Origin: Octopus sinensis
Lineage: Eukaryota
DNA: 64,000 bases
Reading direction: 5' to 3'
Assembly (NCBI RefSeq): GCF_006345805.1
Contig: NC_043012.1
Location: 2,232,001-2,296,000 of the forward strand
The position numbers and the translations under genes are program-made. Positions 25,505-39,500 of the stretch are shown one piece after another (within the stretch, counting starts at the first letter, position 1; the number at the start of each line of letters is the position of its first letter). The notes under the pieces were generated by a model. The model was not told the origin of the DNA and did no database searches. It saw only the letters and a program-made list of their open reading frames with translations.

Positions 25505-25665
25505 ATTTTATTTCATTACTGCCCACAAGGGGCTAAACATAGAAGGGACAAACAAGGACAGACAAAGGGGTTAAGTCGATTACATCGACCCTAGTGCGTA
25601 ACTGGTACTTAATTTATCGATCCCAAAAGGATGAAGGGCAAAGTCGACCTTGGCAGAATTTGAAC
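25505..25665 (-). mobile_element. SINE family C, 3' part
   Basis: tatttc...gcccacaaggggctaaacatag...gtcgattacatcgac...ggatgaagggcaaagtcgacc. Confidence 0.88.
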
Positions 25666-25771
25666 TTGTGTCTGTGTGTATACGTCGTCCTCACTCCTAA
25701 AGAAAGAGGTTAAGGAAAAAGAAGTAAAAAATTAGTAGAAGGAGTAAAAGGGGAGTGTGTGGACAACTTGG

Positions 25772-25822
<51 letters not shown>

Positions 25823-25883
25823 GTAGGTAGGTAGATAGATAGGTAGGTAGGTAGGTATGTAGGTAGGTAGGTAGGTAGGTAGG

Positions 25884-25935
<52 letters not shown>

Positions 25936-25950
25936 AGATAGATAGATGGG

Positions 25951-26054
<104 letters not shown>

Positions 26055-26915
26055 CAGACAGAGACAGATAGATACAGACAGAGAGAGGAAAGTGAGGAAG
26101 GATGGAGAAAGAAAGAGAGGAGGGTTGATAATGCGATATATACTATAGAAAGAGTGATAGGGCAGGGGAAGTAAAGAAAATACATGCTCTCACGAAGACA
26201 AAGAGGGAAAAAAAAGAGTGGTAGAGAAGGTGAAAGATAAATGCAGTATGAGAACTGTTTCTTTCCCTTCACAAAAGCAAAGCCTTCCATTGTGTCTGGC
26301 TTAAGAAACTCCGTAGCCATGTTCCCCACCCATTAGCATCATCTGTCTTTCACCTCTCGGATTCGAAGCATGCTATGATGTGTTTGCCTTGTCTCTGAAT
26401 CACATTATGTCATCTCTTCTGTATCTCAGAGATCTTATATATCACACAACATCTCCTTTGTACATTATCAACTTATTAATATACGACACCACCCTTTATT
26501 TCAGTTCATATTTGTCTTCCACATAGACACCTTATGTCAGACTTGCATTATCATTGTGAACACAGACCTTAAAAACATCTTTTACGAACTAAATAAATTT
26601 TCTTCCACAATTACATAAGTAATTACACGTATCTACGCCTATTACATGCGTCGCATGATCAAAATGGAAGGAACAGACGACACATCTCGCGAACAGCAGA
26701 CGAGAAACGAAGACAATGTTATTTTTACTTGTCAGTCGTGTAACTTTATTGTTGTTTAACCACGAGTCAACTGTGATCAAACTGACATATGATCAAAGCG
26801 TGGCTTGTAAAATAGGGGTGCGGTTTAGGTGGTACATCGCTGCAGGGTTTGGAGAGCAAGGAGAAACCCGTGAATATCTGATAGGCCCTCCCCACCTAAA
26901 ATAAATAAATAAATA

Positions 26916-26955
<40 letters not shown>

Positions 26956-27003
26956 TTACTACTACTACTACTACTACTACTAATAATAATAATAATAATA
27001 ATT

Positions 27004-27185
27004 ATCGCTTGACAACCGATGCTGGTGTGTTTACGTCCCAGTAACTTAGCGGTTCGGCAAAAGAGAACCGATAGAATAAGTACTAGGCTTACAAAGAATA
27101 AGTCCTGCGGTCGATTTGCTCGACTAAAGGCGGTGCTCCAGCATGGCCACAGTCAAGTGACTGAAGCAAATAAAAGAGTAAAAGA

Positions 27186-27187
<2 letters not shown>
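27004..27187 (+). mobile_element. SINE family A, 3' half
   Basis: cgcttgacaaccgatgctgg...gactgaagcaaataaaagag. Confidence 0.9.
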
Positions 27188-27224
<37 letters not shown>

Positions 27225-27227
27225 GGA

Positions 27228-28325
27228 CAGACAAACGGATTAAGTCGATTATATCGACCCCAGTGCGTAACTGGTACTTATTTAATCGACCCAAAAGGAT
27301 GAAAGGCAAAGTCGACCTCGGCGGAATTTGAATTCAGAACGTAACGGCAGACGAAATACCTATTTCTTTACTACCGACAAGGGGCTAAACACAGAGAGGA
27401 CAAACAAGGACAGACATAGGTATTAAGTCGATTACATCGACTCCAGTGCGTAACTGGTACTTAATTTATCAACCCCGAAAGGATGAAAGGCAAAGTCGAC
27501 CTCGGCGGAATTTGAACTCAGAACGTAACGGCAGGCGAAATACCGCTGAGCATTTCGCCCGGCGTTCTAACGTTTCTGCCAGCTCGCCAATGGTTTCTAA
27601 TTTAGGCACAAGGCCAGCAATTTCGTGAGATGGGTAAAGTCGATTACACCGACTCAGTGCTCAAGTAGGATCTATTTTATTACCCCCATAAGGATGAAAG
27701 GCAAAGTCTACCTCAGTGAAATAACAATAATCCTTTCTACTATAGGATCAAGAACTGAAATTTTGGTTGATGGGGCTAGTCGATTACACTGATCCCAGTA
27801 CTCAACTGGTATTTGTTTCATCGACCCCGAAAGGATGACAGGTAAAGTCAACCCCAGAAAAAATGTCGCCAAGCATTTTGTCCGGCGTGCTAAAGTTTCT
27901 TATTTCTTTATTACCCACTAGGGGCTAAACATAGAGGGGACAAACAAGGACAGACAAAGGGATTAAATCAATTACATCGACTCCAGTGCGTAACTGGTAA
28001 TTAATTTATCGACCCCGAAAGGATGATAGGCAAAGTCGACCTCGGAGGAATTTGAACTCAGAACGTAACGGCAGACGAAATACGGCTACGCATTTCGCCC
28101 GGCGTGCTAACGTTTCGGCCAGCTCGCCGCCTTTAATAATGATTTGGGAACAAGGCCAACAGTTATAAGAACATGATGGGTTAGTTGTTTGCATGAACAC
28201 CAGTACTTGACTGGTACTTTACTTTCCCGGAGGTATGAAAAGCAAAGTTGATCTCGGTGTGATTTGAACTCAGAACGTAAAGACATTTCGCCCGACGTTC
28301 TAACAACTCCGCCAATTCGCTAATA
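27228..28325 (-). mobile_element. Cluster of six same-orientation SINE family C copies (two complete: ~27361-27589 and ~27899-28130)
   Basis: The core gtcgatt..atcgac.ccagt...ctggta...atcgaccc..aaggatga.aggcaaagtcgacc is repeated six times. Confidence 0.9.
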
Positions 28326-28444
28326 AAGCAGGCATTCTAATTTTGCTGAAGATATATGTTTAATAGACATATATATAACATGTATCAGTTTTAATTCTCA
28401 TAAAACTTTTATCTCAGTTTTAGTGATTCAGCATCAGCAAATCA

Positions 28445-28690
28445 CTAAAACGTGTAGCCTGGTAGTTAGGGTTTTAGGCTAATGAGCGTAAGGTCGTGGT
28501 TTCAGTTCTTGGACTGGGTGGCATATCGTGTTCTTGGATAAAATATCTTTATTTCACGATCCTCTTGTCCATTGCTTGAAAATGAGCATCAGTGGCAATT
28601 AGAGGGTTAATCCTGCGACAGAAGATTGGTGTCCTGTCAGAGAGCAACCTTGTTCTCTCCGTCACTTAAATGTCACAGAAACCAGTATAA
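28445..28690 (+). mobile_element. Older tRNA-derived SINE; related copies at ~57385-57600 (+) and ~60655-60800 (-)
   Basis: A/B-box-like head (tggtagttagg...ggtttcagttc), gtgttcttgga, and a shared body. Confidence 0.6.
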
Positions 28691-28829
28691 AATCCCATTT
28701 AATGGGCCTAAAGACTCGAGATACTTTATTATAACTTTAATAAAATATACGCATTACTCTGTTCACAAAAGCGACCTTGAAAGGTTGATTCAGATAAGAA
28801 ATAGGATAAGTTCTTTATACAGAATATAG

Positions 28830-29150
28830 GCCAATAAGTGACTGTGCGGTAAGTAGCTTGTTTACCAATCAAACCCTTGTAAGTGGATTTGGTAGACGGA
28901 AACTGAAAGAAGCCCGTCGTATATGTGTGTGTGCGTGTGTGTTTGTTGCCCACACCACCATCGCTTGACAACCGATATTGATATGTTTACGTCCCAGTAA
29001 CTAAGCGGTTCGGCAAAAGAGACCGATAGAATAAGTAGTAGGCTTACAAAGAATAAGTCCTGGGGTCGATTTGCTCGATTAAAGGCAGTGATCCAGCATG
29101 GCCGCAGTCAAAATGACTGAAACAAATGAAAAAATAAAAATATAAAAGAA
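28830..29150 (+). mobile_element. SINE family A with an internal deletion in the head
   Basis: Colinear with 43677-44038. Confidence 0.88.
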
Positions 29151-29844
29151 TATTAATATATACACCCTTGAAGCAGCCTTAAAAACGCATTGGTGTGTTT
29201 AAAATTTATAATCCATGATGGATATACAAATGTGGAACGGCACTAGCATTTTTATTAAACACACGGGACTTCACTACGAACATTAGCGGATCATCATGCA
29301 CAGTGTTTCGACTTAATTTGGCCTACTCAGTGACGAAACCTCCGGACATTCTGAAATAAGCCAAAAATCTTCCTCGTTCCGATGTAAACAGATGTACTAA
29401 CTTGAGCGGAAACTATCCAGGCTAGAATAAAAAAAAATTTGTTCCATGTTCCAATCGTCTGAGTTTAGACTCTGTCTGTATAGCGTTTATTTTTAATAAT
29501 TTTGATGCCTATCTACTTGAAACGGATTCTGGTTCTTATGATGCAAAATCACTTTTTGTTTTGAAATGATCATATTTAAATTAGAAACCATCAACATACT
29601 TTAATATAAGAATCATTTTTGATATTTCATGTTCCAAACATCAATTTGATCTACATCAGTAGTTCCCAACCGGGGGGAAGGGGTCATGAGTTGCTTTTAG
29701 GGAGACCGCAATATCTTAGAGAATGTGTTTTTCTCAAATGCTATAATCATATTTCGTACTGTTTGCACGAATTAATAATTGCTTTTATTACTTATCTGTA
29801 TCGTCTATTTATTTATCTATTTATTTATTTATTTATTTATTTAC

Positions 29845-30062
29845 TTCCTTGTTTTGGTAATTGGACTGTGGCCATGCTGGGGTATCGCCATAAAGGGTTT
29901 AGCCGAATAAATCAATCTCAGTACTTATTTTCTCAAAAGCCTGGTACTTACTCTATCAGACTCTTTTGCTGCACCTCTAAGTTAGAGGGACGTAAACAAA
30001 CTACACCTATTGTCAAGCGGCATTGGGGAACAGACACAACACAAATGCAAAGACAGAAACAC
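29845..30062 (-). mobile_element. SINE family A, 3' half
   Basis: Reverse-complement tail. Confidence 0.82.
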
Positions 30063-30671
30063 ACACAAACGCGCGCGCGCACACACACACTAAATTCCGT
30101 CACGGTCGACTTTGCCTTTCATCCTTCGGGATCGATAAAATAAGTAACATTTGAGCACTAGGATCAATATAATCTCCTTACTTGCTCCCCCGAAATTGCT
30201 GATCTTATGCCAACATTTGAAATCAATCAGAAAGGAAGGTGCGATGTTCAAAGGCAGAGCCGTTTTAAGCTACATTAAAGCTCCGCACCCCACCTGGGCA
30301 AATCAATGCACTGGATCATGACATTATTTATTGACAGCAAGCCATACCATGCATAGATTAGGGTGATCTTTCGGTTTTGGTCTACAGAATGTCAGTTTGA
30401 GGAATCCAAGTCATTCACTCTCTATTTCAGCCTAGCCTCTTCCTCTATGTCATGAGAAGGTTGTGTGGGTGAATGACGTCGTGTACCAATACCGAAGGAT
30501 TATCTAGATTAGAATTGGGTCCCTAGACCTGTGAGGCTACCGGGCAACTATTCAGTGCGCTTATACCTTAAGGCGGTTCTAAAGATTAGGAACCACAAAG
30601 TTAGCAATTTCACACAAAATTTCCCCAATTTTTTCTGTGTATTTTGTTAGGATTAACCTCGTCCTTTTTTC

Positions 30672-30735
<64 letters not shown>

Positions 30736-31727
30736 TCTCTCTCTCTCAGGTATTGTAGAAATATGTACCAGTGTTTATCAACGAAGAATATCTCTGCAAT
30801 ACAATTAAAGGGAGAGAAATCATTAAAATATTTATATGCGACAGACACCTATGTATGTTGGTAGTTTCTTAGCAATTCCTCAATAAGATTTCGATTTCCG
30901 AACGAATGCGTTTGGAAAGTGACACAGGCAACATTTCTATTTGGGACATTTCACTCTGTATATTTGTGACTTTTCATCAACATAAAATATATTATTATCA
31001 TATTTTGAAACATTAAGAAATTTCAACTGAAGCTAAATTAGAATTCAGGTGGGTGGCTTTGTCCACATTTTCCCAGTTAAGCGGTTTTTATCCCCATCTA
31101 TTATAAACCATTACTTATAGTTACACTTACATGCGGACCTATTTTCAAATTTCTCACTACTTCAAAATACTATTTTAAACAAGGAAAATTCCCTTTTTTA
31201 GCTTGCAAGATTAAAGCTTCTAATTTGATTGTTAAAACTCGGCAAATCACTATGGTGTTGTAGTCTCGTGGTCATAATGGTAGAAACGGGTATTAAAACT
31301 ATGGGTATGCTAAAGTCCAAGAGGCTGATGTTGGGAAGGTGGAACAATATACTATTAGCTACCCTCTTCATGAGCTGAAAAGAAGGGAACGCCGTCCCCT
31401 TGCACACTCTCATCATTTCATCACTGTAGATGTATGATTCGATCTTTGTAGCTAATTTTGAGAGGTATTTACTCCATTTATTATAAGCTATATTTACATT
31501 TGAGCAACTTAAGTCTTTTTTTCATTGATAAAATTGTTATTAATAGGAAGGAAAAGGTCCCTAAGCATGTTACATTCGCAAATCCATTTCTGAATCTTGA
31601 TTGAAACACCTTCAACACTTGCCTTTGGTCACTGATCCTCAGCAAAGGAGAAAATGTCCCTTCCAAAAAGTTCCTGTTTTCTCAGAAATATAAACTCTTT
31701 TACAAACAATTATTATTAAACAGGGGA

Positions 31728-32765
31728 AAGCGGTGAGTTGGCAGAATCGTTAGAGACTAAGGTAAAATGCCTAGCGGTATATTTCTTCTGACTCTTTACG
31801 CTCTGTGTTCAAACCCTATCACTGTCAACTACGCTTTTCAGCGTGACCACTGGTCGATAATATGAAGTATCAGTTAAACATCGATAGCATCAACTAATCC
31901 TGATCCCTCAATATTGCTACCTTATCAGAAACCATCATTTACTAAATAAATCAGAAATAATTAACAAGGGCAGTCCCGCCGAGGAAGACTTTGCCTTTCA
32001 TCTTCCAGGGATCGATAAACTAAGCATTAGTTAAGTACCAACTATCGATCCAATCGGCTACAACCCCCACTCTCTCCGCACACCCGTCTTAATTCAATGT
32101 GAGAAATTGCTGTTTACTAGGGGAGCCTACATTTCATTGATCGATTTAATGCAGCGATCAATAATATACTGCCTCCCGTATTTATTTTTCAACTAAGGGC
32201 CACGTGCTTCTAACTATATCTCAAAGTGGGTCTTCAATGAAGATACTCTTGTTATAATTCTATTCACAATCTATATTGTATCTTAGAAACATAAAATCGA
32301 CTGCATACAAAACCAGAAAGAGAAACAAACAAAACAAAAAAAAAAAGAAAAGAAAAAAGAAAGAAAAGTGAAAGAAAGAAAAGTAAAAGAAAGAAGAAAA
32401 CATTATCTCAGTGGGATCTGACCCCAGACCGCAACTAAAATACCGCAAGGTGTTTTATCCGACGCCCTATCTAACCTCCTCAACGACATATATCCATCGC
32501 CATCGTCCCCTCTGTAGTTCTTGGGCAAGAAAAAAGATAATAATTATTATGTGGGAGTTGGATTGGCAGAATCATTAAAGCATCCGAAAAAAAAAAAAAG
32601 AAAAAAATGCATGATCAAAACACAGTAACGTAAACTTTGCTTTTCATCTTTTTGGGATCGATAAAAATAAAATATCAGTCGTGTATTGAGGATCGATGAT
32701 ATCGGCTAACTTCTCCCTTCCAAATTATTAGTCTTTTGCCTAAATTGGAGACAGTCATTATTTCT
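31728..32765 (+). mobile_element. Several old SINE family C copies
   Basis: gcggtgagttggcagaatcgttag head at ~31730; gactttgcctttcatc core at ~31987 and ~32635. Confidence 0.7.
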
Positions 32766-33924
32766 AAACGTATTTTATAATTATTTATTTCGATAAATGT
32801 TTAATAAGTATACTTTATGTTTAGATATTTTATTTTTCTTTCAGACTCGTGTTTATTCATTCACTTATGAAAACTTACACTTCTGTCCACATACTAACAA
32901 AACAAACTCCCATATTTTTTCCTGTATTTTTCAATACGGTGTATTGAACAGTCACTACCATGACTCATTTCAATAACTACAACAATTAGAACGGAGATGA
33001 CAATGAAAAAAGCGAGTTTTTTCATAGTAGCTAGACTCGTTAGAAATATGATCCGGATCTCCCTCAAACTGCACTTCATAGTCTTAAAAAAAAGACGCAC
33101 TTGATAATGTTATTGTAGGGGATGATGGTCACGGCCCGAGTATCTGATCATGTTTACTCGATTGGAAAAGTTGTAGAGCGACGAACAAAATGCGATAGTT
33201 CTTTGCGTTGTAAGTTTAATATCGTCGATGTAAACTTGTTCTTTTTTCCTCAGACAGAATAAAGTTCCAGTAAAATATGTAAAGTACATCTTTACTTCCT
33301 TCCTTCTGGTAGAATAAAGTACCAGTCAAGTACTGGAGCTGATGTGAAAGTAATTATAATATACTACAACACGAGCGGTAATAATAAAACTACCGTTGAT
33401 TCGAAACCACCCACTACTCCGTCAGGCACTCTCCACCCACAAAAGCCTTCGTGTTTTCTTACTTTCTTATTTTCTAACACATGTGAGTGTAACATAGTAT
33501 GTAGAACCCCATCATCACTTGCTATGACTCATATCAGTAACTACAATAACAATAATTAAGAACGAGGATGTCAACAACAACAGAAAGCATCAAATCTGCC
33601 ATCACTTGCTGACTCAGACAGAAGCTGTTTTACATTCAAAAGTCCATCGTTTCATGTGGTCTTGACTGAAAGTTGTTGGCAAATAAAATGAAATAATAAT
33701 GGTATTAATGATAAAAATTATTTCTTTTATTGGGCGCACTATGTACGCGCGCGTTTTTAACCTATTAATCCAAGTTGCAAACTACTATGTTTAAAATTTA
33801 TATGGAATATGTATAAAAAGGCATTTAAAAATATAGAACTTTATGTATACACACACACACACGTAAATGTGTAGCATGTGTGTATGTTTATGTATGTAAT
33901 TTCTTATTTTTCAAAAATTTTGTT

Positions 33925-34220
33925 TCAGTCATTAGCCTTCGGTTATGCTTTGAAGCGCATAGTCGACAAAATCGACCAAGTACATATTTTTGGAAAAGTC
34001 TGGTACTTATTGTATCGCATCCTTTGGTCGAACCGCCAAGTTACAGGGACGTAAATAAACCAACACCGGGTGTCAAGTGGTGGAAGGACAAATACACACG
34101 TACGACGGGCTTCCACATAATTTCCGTCTACCAGATTCATTCACAAAGCATTAATTGGCCCAGAGCTGTAGGATAAGATACTTGCGCCAGTGTCGACCAG
34201 TGGGACTGAACCCAAAACAC
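33925..34220 (-). mobile_element. SINE family A copy
   Basis: Reverse complement of tail and head (gtgggactgaaccc at ~34200). Confidence 0.82.
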
Positions 34221-36119
34221 CGCATTTGTTTATATATAATTTTATTTCCACGCATATATATTCAGTGGTCTTTTACTGTGTTGATTTCAGTTTGATATTA
34301 ATCTTGGATTATGAAAGGAGAAATGTGAGATTGTGATGGTGATGCCGACGAAAGTAAAGAATACGTACACCCGGTGTTTAGGGTTAGAGTTTAAGGTTAT
34401 TGTTCCGTCAAAAACGGGTGGTATACGTATTCTTTATCTCCGCCGTGATGCCTTTCCTATAACCATACATTTGGTCGCGAAATTTAATAAGATAACACAT
34501 TTTTAAACAGTCCATCAACAGCATTTACGGTCCGGGAGAGCCGCTGTGTATAAAGCATAACGCTAGACGCCTAAATCAGTGGGGTCTAAGGGCAACTGAT
34601 CAGAGGACCCACACCTTAAAGCGGCACTATATGTGAGGCTCTACTGTATTTGTATTTAGAAGGCTTCCCATGATATTTTCCACTGACTTTATCTCTCTCT
34701 CTTTCTATCTGTTTGTTTGTCTGTCTGTCTGTATATGCACACACATGTATGAAGAGACCTTCTCTGAAGACTTGCTGTTCAGCTCTCCCTAGAGTTTCTT
34801 CCTACTTCTATATGTGTTATGTATTGATCATTGCCAATTGAGCAGATACGCTTCGCTGAGGTGGCCTTATAAGACTGGAACATGTTCCTTGATTTCCCCA
34901 ACCAGTTGGTTTTAAATATTAGATTTAGAAGTTGGCTTTACAGATCCGATCTGCATTGCCAACGTTACCCTAAAATTTCGATCAACTGATCTTACTAGAC
35001 TTATCTCCCTTGTTTGTAGAAGGAGTTTTCTTTGTTAATTATTTGGACAATCTCATTTAATCGAAGTTTCACAACTCACTAAGTCGCACGCGGGACAAAT
35101 AGCGTATACTCATTTAGCATACTTTCCTCATGACAATAAGCTAACACTTTATTGGCTGAGAAACGTTAAAAATTATTGTTATTATTATAAATAAGTACCA
35201 GTTAATCACTGGGGTCGATGTAATCGACTTAATACTTGTGTTCCTGTTTGTCCCCTCTATGTTTAGCCCCTTGTGGGCAATAAAGAAATAAATTATTATT
35301 TATTATTTTTGTCACCATCATCATCATGACATTAATGATAATTTAACTTGCGAAAAAGAAAAACAACTGCGACAAACTTGTATAAATAAACGAAACAAAA
35401 TATTTTTAATTTCACGAAATGCGTGTTTATTTCTGTTTGTTATCAAAAATATATCATCAGCCACCGTATGACTGTAGAGTAAACTGTCACACGAATGAAC
35501 GTTCTTAGAGAAATAAACAAATACCGTAATGAAAGACCAACACGAATAGTACATCGCCACCAAACAACACATTTAATACAACCTCCAGCGTGGCATCCTC
35601 AACGCGACCGCTTGGCTTGCTAGAAATAACAGCCAATAATCTTCCTCAAATTGTCCTATTCGGAAAAAAATTAATAAGGCGGGGAGTATATTAGTTAATG
35701 TAATGCAAGATAGACGAGATGGTCATCGATGGAATACCTTCCATAAATAGATCTGTTCGAGCATGACCAGCTTTGGAAGAGTGATCAACAATATTAACCC
35801 TGATTTTTCTAAGAAAACTTCTATCCCATCTGAAATATTCAAATTACTTTCTTTAATATATTAGTAAATATATTACTAATTTTATTATTAACTAGGTATA
35901 TTTCTTCCCTGTCAACAGAGATACAATCACGAGTCTCTTCGAATATCTACGGATTTTCTTTATGCTTTGTTCTTAGCCATATGACTAACCCCGCAAAAAA
36001 AAAACAAAACAAAAAAAACAAATAAAAATATAATAATAATAAAGTGAAGAAGAAGCTAAGCCGTGGTTACAACACGTAAACAACAAGCTTCCTTCTGTGT
36101 TTACACAAAACTGCATCTC

Positions 36120-36195
36120 ATCACAACGACATTCCGGTGTTTTCGGCAGGAAGTCGGACGTCAAAGGTCACGACGCAACTTCAAAATGGCGGCAG
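36120..36195 (+). promoter_or_regulatory. CpG-rich housekeeping-type promoter / 5' UTR
   Basis: CAGGAAGT (ETS) at 36147-36154, ATTCCGG at 36131-36137, GGACGTCA (CRE-like), AAAGGTCA, and CAAAATGGCGGC (YY1-like, overlapping the ATG); about 37 CG in 35341-36300. Confidence 0.65.
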
Positions 36196-36233
36196 GAAGA
36201 ATTGGATTCATGCAATTCTTTTCCAAAGACAAG
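36186..36233 (+). CDS. Probable first coding exon of an unidentified gene, MAAGRIGFMQFFSKDK, phase-0 donor
   Basis: aaaATGGCG start context, 16 codons, AAG|GTTAGT donor, promoter motifs immediately upstream, CpG depletion downstream. Confidence 0.6.
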
Positions 36234-36532
36234 GTTAGTGTTTGGTTTTTGGGGTTTCTCTTTTGTTTTCGTATCGTTCCATCTTTTTCATATCGTTCAT
36301 ATACACCTTTTAAAATTCATATTCTATTTTACACTGTACCTCATGTAATTTAACTGAACTTATAACCATATATATTTATATATATATTCATACATACATA
36401 CACACACACACGAGCACTGACGTGCGTGTGTGCCTGTACATTATACAATATATATGTGTATACATATATACCTCCGCCTATGTATATATATATATATATG
36501 TGTGTGTATATATATATATATGTGTATATATA

Positions 36533-36583
<51 letters not shown>

Positions 36584-39500
36584 ATATATATATATGTGTG
36601 TGTGTGTATATATATATATGTGTGTATATATATATATATGTATATGTGTGTATATATATATATATATGTGTGTATATATATATATATGTGTGTATATATA
36701 TATATATGTGTGTATATATATATATATGTATATGTGTGTATATATATATATATATGTATATGTGTGTATATATATATATATGTATATGTGTGTATATATA
36801 TGTGTGTGTGTTTGTCTATATATGTGTATGTATATATATCATCATCATCATTTTGTCAGATTATATGTGTGTGTGTATGTGCATCTATATATAATTATAT
36901 ATATTATCTACAGTGCTTAAAATACGGGATGAGAAGTATTTCCCTCTATATATATATATACACACACATACGCGCGCGCGCGCACACACACACACACACA
37001 CAGAATTATACAATATTTATGCAATTTATCTGTAGTTACGTTTGTGTTATAAACATGTCGCATATCAATAATGTATTTTATATTGGATGCTTCACATACA
37101 CATGTGTTTATATGAGAAAGCGAGCGAGCGAAGACAGGAGTTTGGATGGGTTTTGTCTTGATATTTTATAATCGGACAAATTTTTGTTATACTAGTGTAA
37201 TAATAATGAGGGAAGGAATCTTGGTTTAGTGAGAACCTAGTTTTCCATCCTGGATTCTTCTCATTAAATTAGCATCAGCTTTATTTCCCCTAATTCCGTG
37301 TTATAATGAAACTAATAAGCAATGCATTTATGATATCAGCCACCCGTATCTGACAATATGGATCTATGAATATTGTTTAACACCAGGTCAACACTGAATA
37401 TAGATTTATGATTAAAAGTAGTCCGACCGTGACAAACTTGTTTTATTATTTTATTATTTTTTATTCGGATATAAGTGCGTCTGGGATTGCATTCATTCAA
37501 TGTGTCTTTCACTTTTTATTGAATGGTTTGGGTGTGGTTTGAGGGACATCCGACTACTGTTTCTAGCAGATCGAGCGACCGTGTACAGATTGTCATCGTT
37601 CGCTCATGTGTGTCTGCTTATGTATCTGTGTGTGTGTCTCGTGGCTGATATTACAATCTTTGTTTGACATGGTTTTGTTTCGACATATTCCATGACAAAT
37701 GCAAATCCTTTCATCATACCTCTTGTTATCACATGCTGACTAACTAGCATTCGTGACATATTTTCGCCTTTCTATGATATATAAAGTTATTACTAAATCC
37801 ATATCTAGATTACACATATTGAGTAGTATTATTGTTCTCATGCTTCGTTCGCCATGAAGCCAGAGATTGCTTTTTATTCGTTTCTTTTTCTTTCTATAGA
37901 AGTTGTAATGTTCATTATATTTCATAAATACATTTAGCTATGTAAGGAGTGCTTCCAATTCAGGTGGGAATCGAAACCTAGTTTATGGCATATGCTTTTA
38001 GGGTTTTCTTATGTATGGATAATACAGTGAGTGCGCCTGCAATAAAGAGAGTGGTTCGCGTCTACGCGCATCGACTCCGCCTATTCGGTTTCAATTTCCG
38101 AATGTAGCAGTCTCACATTAAGAACTTAGGAGAAAGGCACGAATATCTCATCATCCATTTCCTTCTTCCGTATAAATGTCAGGCATGGTGCAACTCGAAA
38201 TCGCTATTATGGAAAATTTCAGTCGAAACCTATCTTTGACACCGTCAGTGTTGCATGACGGTGGTGGTGGCTAAGTTTCTTGGAAATGCATCGGTCTCGC
38301 CGCTTGCATTAACTCTTCCTCGGGCCATCATAATTTTCCATTATGCTAAAGTGTTCGTAACGATATGGAAATCTTTATCTCCCATCTAGATCTGAAGAAT
38401 GCTTTCACTATTAAATTTACACTGTTTAAATCAACAGTGAGGTTATTTAGTCTGAAAAAGTGTGTGTGTGTGTGTACATATATATATAATATATATACAC
38501 ACACACCAGAAATTATATGTGTGTATATATATATACACACACACGCACGCCAGAAATTATATATTTTTCATATGTATTAAAACTATCTCGTGTGTGTGTA
38601 TACACACACATACAGGTTTAAGCTTGTCTCTCTTGGCTGTACATTTCATTTGCCTTATCCCTTCATTTAATGGGGTCGTTTTTTTTTATAGAATGCTTAG
38701 TGTTGGCAATATGATATTGACTGTTACAGATCGATAATGTTGATGCAACGGCAGTATACTCCAACCGGTGTTTCACTTGCCGGAGCCCCATATTTAGACG
38801 GGTACACTGTCTTTTGACACAGGCCGACAGTCGATTAGGTCTCCCCACTACATGAGTGATACTTTATTTTATCGATACCGAGATTTGAAATCAGAATGTA
38901 AAGAGCCGGAAGTAATACCGCAAGGTAATTTTGGCCGACGCTCTAACAATTTTGGTAATCCACCGTCTTTTTACTTTTTTTTTAATTCCTACTTATCTGA
39001 GAATATCAGACATAATTAATTACCAATAAAATATGATGCAGCAGTAATTTATCACTGGACCAATTCTGCAGATTGGTTTTGATTCCCAGCTGGAATCGCT
39101 GTGACTTGCTTAGGCATGCAAATCGTTAAGAGCTTTCGGTTTAAAATGCCTTGGGGTATTTGTTTCATCTTCCCTCCGAAGTCAATTTTTGCCTTTTATC
39201 CTTTCGGGATCGATAAATTAAAATACCATTCCTAGGTGGTGGATTGGCGGAAATGTTAGAGCGTCGGACTGGATGTCATGTAGTATTTTATTCTGGCTCT
39301 GTGCCTTTTCAGTTCAAAATGTCGGCGAGACAATAAAGTATATTCTGCCGAGTGGACTAATAAAACTACAAAACAGAAAAGAAAAAAAAAAGGTGGGGGG
39401 CTGAGCTTAAAAGTTTGCGTCCTTATGATATGTGACAGCTACCAAGACCCTGTTGTTTTTACTAATTTTTTTTCTTATTCTAATAACTTTGGTATATCAA

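Noticed and set aside
30255-30580. MITE with agagccgttttaag / cttaaggcggttct ends
   Set aside because: TIR is only 11/14 with no TSD found; plausible but not supportable.
31198-31700. Short protein-like ORFs on both strands
   Set aside because: No recognisable motif and no consistent splice-site/frame combination.
32894-33100. Signal-peptide-like ORF MKKLAFFIVISVLIVVVIEMSHG on the minus strand
   Set aside because: The hydrophobicity is explainable by T-rich composition, and no frame links the flanking acceptor (~33085) to the GTAAGT donor (~32879) without a stop. Not excluded, but unsupported.
34366-34552. Possible Tc1/mariner MITE (tacacccgg...ccgctgtgta)
   Set aside because: The inverted match is too short and degenerate.
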